Shown piece after piece: positions 58,771-64,000 of a stretch of 64,000 bases of DNA. Each line of letters begins with the position of its first letter. Within the stretch, counting starts at the first letter, position 1. The notes beneath the pieces are model-generated. The model was not told the DNA's origin and did not search any database. It saw only the letters and a program-made list of their open reading frames with translations. This DNA is from Hyphochytrium catenoides. Its lineage: Eukaryota > Protista > Hyphochytriomycota. The translations under genes and the position numbers were made by a program. The stretch lies in contig FLMG01003788.1 in NCBI GenBank assembly GCA_900088475.1, forward strand, positions 23,204-87,203, written 5' to 3'.

Positions 58771-59691
58771 CTGATGATGGAAGATGAAGGCGCGTCTGCC
58801 TTGTTCTCAGCCAGCCAGGTTCACCCTACTATGGGCCCTGTGACGGTGTGCCACTGCCCTCTTACTGCCCAGCGGCAATGGCAGGCTGCCGTCTTCGAGT
58901 GGGGGACACACACAGGGAAGAAACTCTTCATAGAGCCTAGTTCTATAGAAAGGAAAGAGGCACAATTCACCACCGTAGACCGAAGCCACAGGAATGAAAG
59001 GGAAAAGACTGAGCCAAGAATTGGAAGGAGATTGGAGGGAGGTAACAAGGAGGTAGACACTACGACTGTCTCTGCTGTCATTTGTAAGGATTGTTGCCTC
59101 TGTGGAACCGACTCTCCCTTGCCTTCTGTTTAGCTTTCTTGGCCCCTCGAGTCTCATCTGGAAAAACGGAACATCACTTCCTGCTCAATCCGCAACCATT
59201 GTCGGACCACAAGGTGGGGAGAGAAGGGAGGAGGGACTGAAAAGTGAGGCGCAGCAGAGGTCATTAACAGAAGGGATATCAGATAGTGTGGCTGGGAGCT
59301 AAGGGACGGAACTAGACAGAGTAAGGCAGGAGGAATGTCCTTGGCCGTGTGAGAGGAACTAAAGATGGGAGAGAGAGGTGAGGGGAATGAATGAGAAAGA
59401 GAGAGGTAGAGAGAGAGGAAGGGACTCTAGAGGGACTACATGCCGGGAGGAAAGCTTCAATAGAGCCGTCTTGGACAACTGTCTCTTTCGAACGGTAAGC
59501 TGTCAAGGACGACGGTCCTAATTCAGCTTACTGTTGATTGCGCATCCTCTATTGTCTTTCTGTTTCCATTCTCACTCTGCCGAATCTCTCTCGCCTTCAG
59601 CACTTCATCTAAATCCCTTAATCTAGTCTTGCTCTCCCTGTTTCTCTCTTTTTGTTTGTTTTCCTTCGTATTCTCTGTAGGTAACTCTCCA

Positions 59692-59743
<52 letters not shown>

Positions 59744-62700
59744 CCTTTTCTCTTCTTTCGTCCTCCTGTTTCTGCTATATTCGTCGGTCAGAGGTCTGCC
59801 TGTCTGCAGCTCTCTCTCTCTCTTCCTGTCCAGTAATCCTCTGTCCTCTTAGTCCCTCTGCCTTTGGTAGGCCTTCTGGGCCGTCCTCTTTACCTCCTCA
59901 ATGTTCCCTGCTTTTCGTGCAATACTCTCCTCTCAATCTAATTAATTGGACTGAACAAACAGTAAAAATGTTGCCTAGCTTCCCTTTCTGACGGCTTCCC
60001 CCCCAGTCTGAGTCTCTTCTTGGTTTTCAGAAGTTTCTCACTTCAAGCTCTCATTCCATCATCTGGTATCTGCCTTCCTCCTTCTTGACCACTCTCCTAT
60101 CTCCTAGTCAAGTTTAATCACAGTGGCCCTCCAAGACTTCAACCTCCCACTGCCTGTTCTCCCGCTCTACTCTTGTCTTCAAGTGCGTTTCTGGCTAACC
60201 GAATTCTAAGTAGCAGCTTTCCTTTCCCTTTGGCCTGAGCGTCAACGTTTACCTAATTCCAGCGCTTCTCTATCACCTCATTGCTTCTCTTTGTTCTATT
60301 GGCTTCCTCTTCTATAGCACCGTTTCTCTCTCACGTCTCGTGTTTACAGTTGTAAGATTAATAGATAATCGCCAGTCTCTCTTCCGCCCTCTCTCTTCTT
60401 CTCTCCTCCTCTCTCTTCTCTCTCTCCTTCTCTCTCCTTCTCTCTCTCACTCTCTCCTCCTCCTCTCTCTCCATCTTTCCCTAATCTTTTTCTCTACCTC
60501 GCTTGATACCCACCATACTCCTACATCTCATTTATTATTTATTACTTCCTACACTAGTCTCAAGCTCTTTAGCTGAGGAGACGGTGGCGGATAACCCTGG
60601 AGCTTCCTCTTTTTTGCCTCCGCTTCAGCAGTCACATCCTGAGCGGGACCATATATATATATATGGAGAGAGAGGGAGAGACCCATAACGAGAAACAGTT
60701 GATAGACAATGGGAACAGGACTCAGTGAAGTAGATAGAGAAGCTTGGAATATGGAAGAGAGAGACACAGAGAGACGAGAAAGGGCTTATCGTTGGAGAAG
60801 CCCTTGATCCTTTGACATTCAATAAGAAGAAAAGACACTCGGAAGAGAGAGAGTACGTCAAACCGGCAGAGAGAGTCTGATGGAGTGGAGTAGTCTTCTC
60901 TGTACGATCAGTGTAGCGGATCATGAAAACACTTCCCTCTCTCTTTTTCCTACTCCTCCTTCCCCTCCTTGTTTTCCTTCCTCCTTCATCAAAATAAGAG
61001 AGGACAGAGAGTCAACAATGAGACAGAAGAAGAGGGAGATCTGGATGCTCAGGTTGCAATGCTGAGATGGAGAAAGATCCAGCAACACAGTCAAACCATG
61101 CAGACGATCGAGCTCAGTCCGTCAGCCGCTGAAGCAGCAAGATTTAGAGCTCTGCAAGGCGCGCAATGAAGCGAGAGAGATAGAGAGATGGATGGAGAAG
61201 ATTGTTCATCAGGGAGGAACTCAGTAAGCCTCTGGGAGTAGACTTTTTTCTCGGTCTCTCTCTCTCTTTAACTCTCTCTGTTTCTCTCTCTCTCTTCCTT
61301 CCTACCTCCACCGTCCTTCTCTCAACCTCTAACCTCAATTTCTCTCTTTTCTGTCTCCTCTCTTCCGCTAGACACCTTCCCCGATCGCTTTCTCTCTCTG
61401 CTTTTTTGCGATGCCCTTCTTCCCTTCTCTCTTTTTTTTTCCCTCTCCCCTAGAAGCCCTAACTTGCATTTCCTTTCTGCCTGTCCCTATACTCCATCCT
61501 CTTCCTCTCTTGCTCTCCTCTCTTTTGCTCTCTCTTCGCCTCGTTCCTCCCTGCTTCTCTCCCCCCCTCACCTTCTTCTTCCTTCTCTCTCTCTCTCTTT
61601 CTCTCTTTCCCTCTCTCTCTTACCTTGTTTTTATCTCTCCTTATTATCATTGCTCTCGTCTTCTCTCTCACTCTCACCTCATCCCTTTTCTCGCCTTCTC
61701 TTTGTATCTGTAGCTGGGCCCTTCTTACCTCGAACATCTAGAAGAGAGACAACGGCAGACCATGAGAAGGGCGCGAGAGGATCTTAAGAAGCATAAAGAA
61801 TGATCAAAGCTTAGAAAACTCTCTTCGAGAGAGGACCGAGCTAAGAGAAGAAAAAAGTCTTACAGGGAGAAGAAGAGCCACGCCCTATCTTCGCTGTTCT
61901 ATGGACGCAGACGGGAAAGTGAGGTTGCCATCTCTTGGAAGCCCGACCAAGATAGTTACCGGTAAGTTTCCTCTCTCTCTTTCCTCTTCATCTCTCTGCT
62001 TCTTTCTCTCTAACTTTTACCTCTCTGCTTCTCTCCAGATTTTGTCGACCTCCCTTTCTCACCGTCACATCTCCTTCCTCTCCTACCATCGGAGTCAAGT
62101 CCCTCTCGAACTCTCTCTCTTTCCTTCTCTTTCCTTTGCGCTGTCTCCGTCGCGCTTTGCCTCTCTGCCTCTCTTCGTCCCTTTCATCAAATAACGCTTG
62201 TCACTTGGACGCTGTTCTCTTCTCTCTTTCTGTGGCCCATTCCCTTCCAATATTATCGCTCTTGCTTATCCCGACGACTCGATGGTGCCCTCGTTCTCCT
62301 CACCAACCTGCATTGCTCTTCACTACTGATTTCCTGGTATCTCTCCCCACGTTCCACTGGGCAGCAGCTTCTAACGATCGCTTAGCGCCTGTTCCCTAAC
62401 TAAGATGCATTTGCACCGAGTGAAGGAGATGTGCGCAGCTCAGCAGCAGCCAGCCAAATTAGATATGTGAGAGAAAGAGAAGAGCGCGAAAGAGAAATAT
62501 GAGGCCTAGAAGGAATTAGCTCATGAATAAGTCCTTCTTGTAGTTCTTTTCTCTCTCTCTCGCTCTCTCTCTCCTTCTTCTCTATCGCTTTCTCCGTCGC
62601 TCTATCCACCTCAGATTGTTCTCACGGTCTCTGTGTCTCACTTCATTTTGTCTTCTTCCGTTCTTTTTCTCCTCTCTCTCTCCTATTTCTCTTCGGGGGG

Positions 62701-63716
62701 CTTTGCTCTAGGGTCCAAAGGCATCCGTATATCGTTCCTTCACTGTCTCACACTGCGTTTGAACACTGATGATTAAAGATAGTAGATTTAGCTGAGGGCT
62801 AGGAAGAGCAGTCTCTGACAAGCTTTATAAGCTGTAATGGAGCTGGTTGTTGGTGCTTTTGCTTTGTTTGGTAAGTTGAGAAGTGATATGCATTAATGAA
62901 GTGCTTCTTGAGCTCATGGAGCTAATTTGAAGCTTTTAATATGAAGAGCGATGAGTTATCGCTAAAGTCTCCTAGGGATGCTATGTTGCTAGAGTTAAGT
63001 CTTTGCTATGTGAGGAGCTGCAAGAGGCAACCTCAAGCTTACCTTTGATGACTGCGCTTTTGGCGCTAGATGGGTAGGAGTTAAGAGAAGTCATAGAGTT
63101 TGAACTACGTGCGGAAGGGCAAAGCAAGTAGTAAGCTAAAAATGCAGAGAGGATAAATTTAGCAGAGATGAAGTAGGGCTGAGATAGAGCCTGAAAAGAT
63201 CCTGAGATTGTGATGTAGAAGTTGAAGAAGAAGGAAAGATTTGCGTGTCCTTCGGAAGTCTAGCTGTTTGCTGCTCGCTTTGTAACGGATAAAGCGAATG
63301 TTCAACAGAGTTGAAATCTCACTTTTCCTGTGCTGATTTCTTCGCCATAGATAATGTTCTAAGGCAGAGTCTGGTGACAAAGCCAAAAATAGATTCAGAC
63401 AAGAGCCAAGAAGGGTCAGCAGCGTGGACTGGACGAGCCAACTTTCAACAATGATAGCTGACAAACAGGTTCTGTGCTTCTTATTGATCAACAGAGCAAA
63501 TCCTTTCCCCCTTAGAGTATCTTAAGCAAAAAGAGAGAAAGGAAGTCGAGATCTTTGTCCGCTATAAGAATATGACAGGCAATGCCGAAGCGGTGATCTT
63601 CATCTGCTGCAGAAAGCGCAAAGCGAAAGAACAGTTCAAGAAGAGAGAGATTGACGATGGTCTCTCTCTCCCTCCCCCTCTCTCTCTCCCTCTTCCCTCC
63701 CTCTCTTTTCCCCCCT

Positions 63717-63747
<31 letters not shown>

Positions 63748-64000
63748 TGTGTCCCTCTCTCTCTCTCATCTCTCTCTTTCCATCCCCCCCTTCTCTCTCT
63801 CTCTCCCCCTCTCTCTCTCTCTTTCCGCTTCTTTCCTTTAAGAGATACCGCACCTTTCTCCCCTGCTTCTCTCATCATCTAGGTCCCAATCTGTTGACGC
63901 TTGACACGGTGACCTATATCTATGCTAGGATCATATGAACTTGGTGACCCATACGTTTGCTAAGATTGGCTGCAACCCCTGTGACCCCCTAGCAATCAAA

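Noticed and set aside
1-64000. tRNA, rRNA, prokaryotic operons and a specific organism assignment
   Set aside because: None recognised by eye; gene content indicates a microbial eukaryote but is not diagnostic.

Overview
Eukaryotic (protist-like) nuclear scaffold with GT-AG introns, short N gaps and very dense (CT)n/(GA)n microsatellites, which generate most of the listed ORFs as artefacts. Supportable genes: (1) a ~1,370-aa protein with six SET domains in three tandem pairs, an N-terminal hydrophobic segment and a C-terminal HDEL, i.e. a candidate ER-luminal lysine methyltransferase (the top finding); (2) a five-exon 7TM-RGS protein; (3) four intronless paralogs of an unnamed multi-pass membrane family, one with a 1-nt frameshift; (4) a bacterial-type CoA-disulfide/persulfide reductase-rhodanese fusion; (5) a multiply frameshifted hybrid histidine kinase remnant; (6) a VOC/glyoxalase-fold protein; (7) a decayed Ty1/copia element; (8) a two-exon SMYD-type SET protein; (9) a secreted phytocyanin-like blue copper protein; (10) a TLC-like membrane protein; (11) an orphan 7TM protein. 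Two RGS introns carry a 5' (GA)n tract and a 3' (CT)n tract that could pair in the pre-mRNA. No rRNA, tRNA or CRISPR array was recognised. All calls come from reading motifs by eye; no database searches were run.
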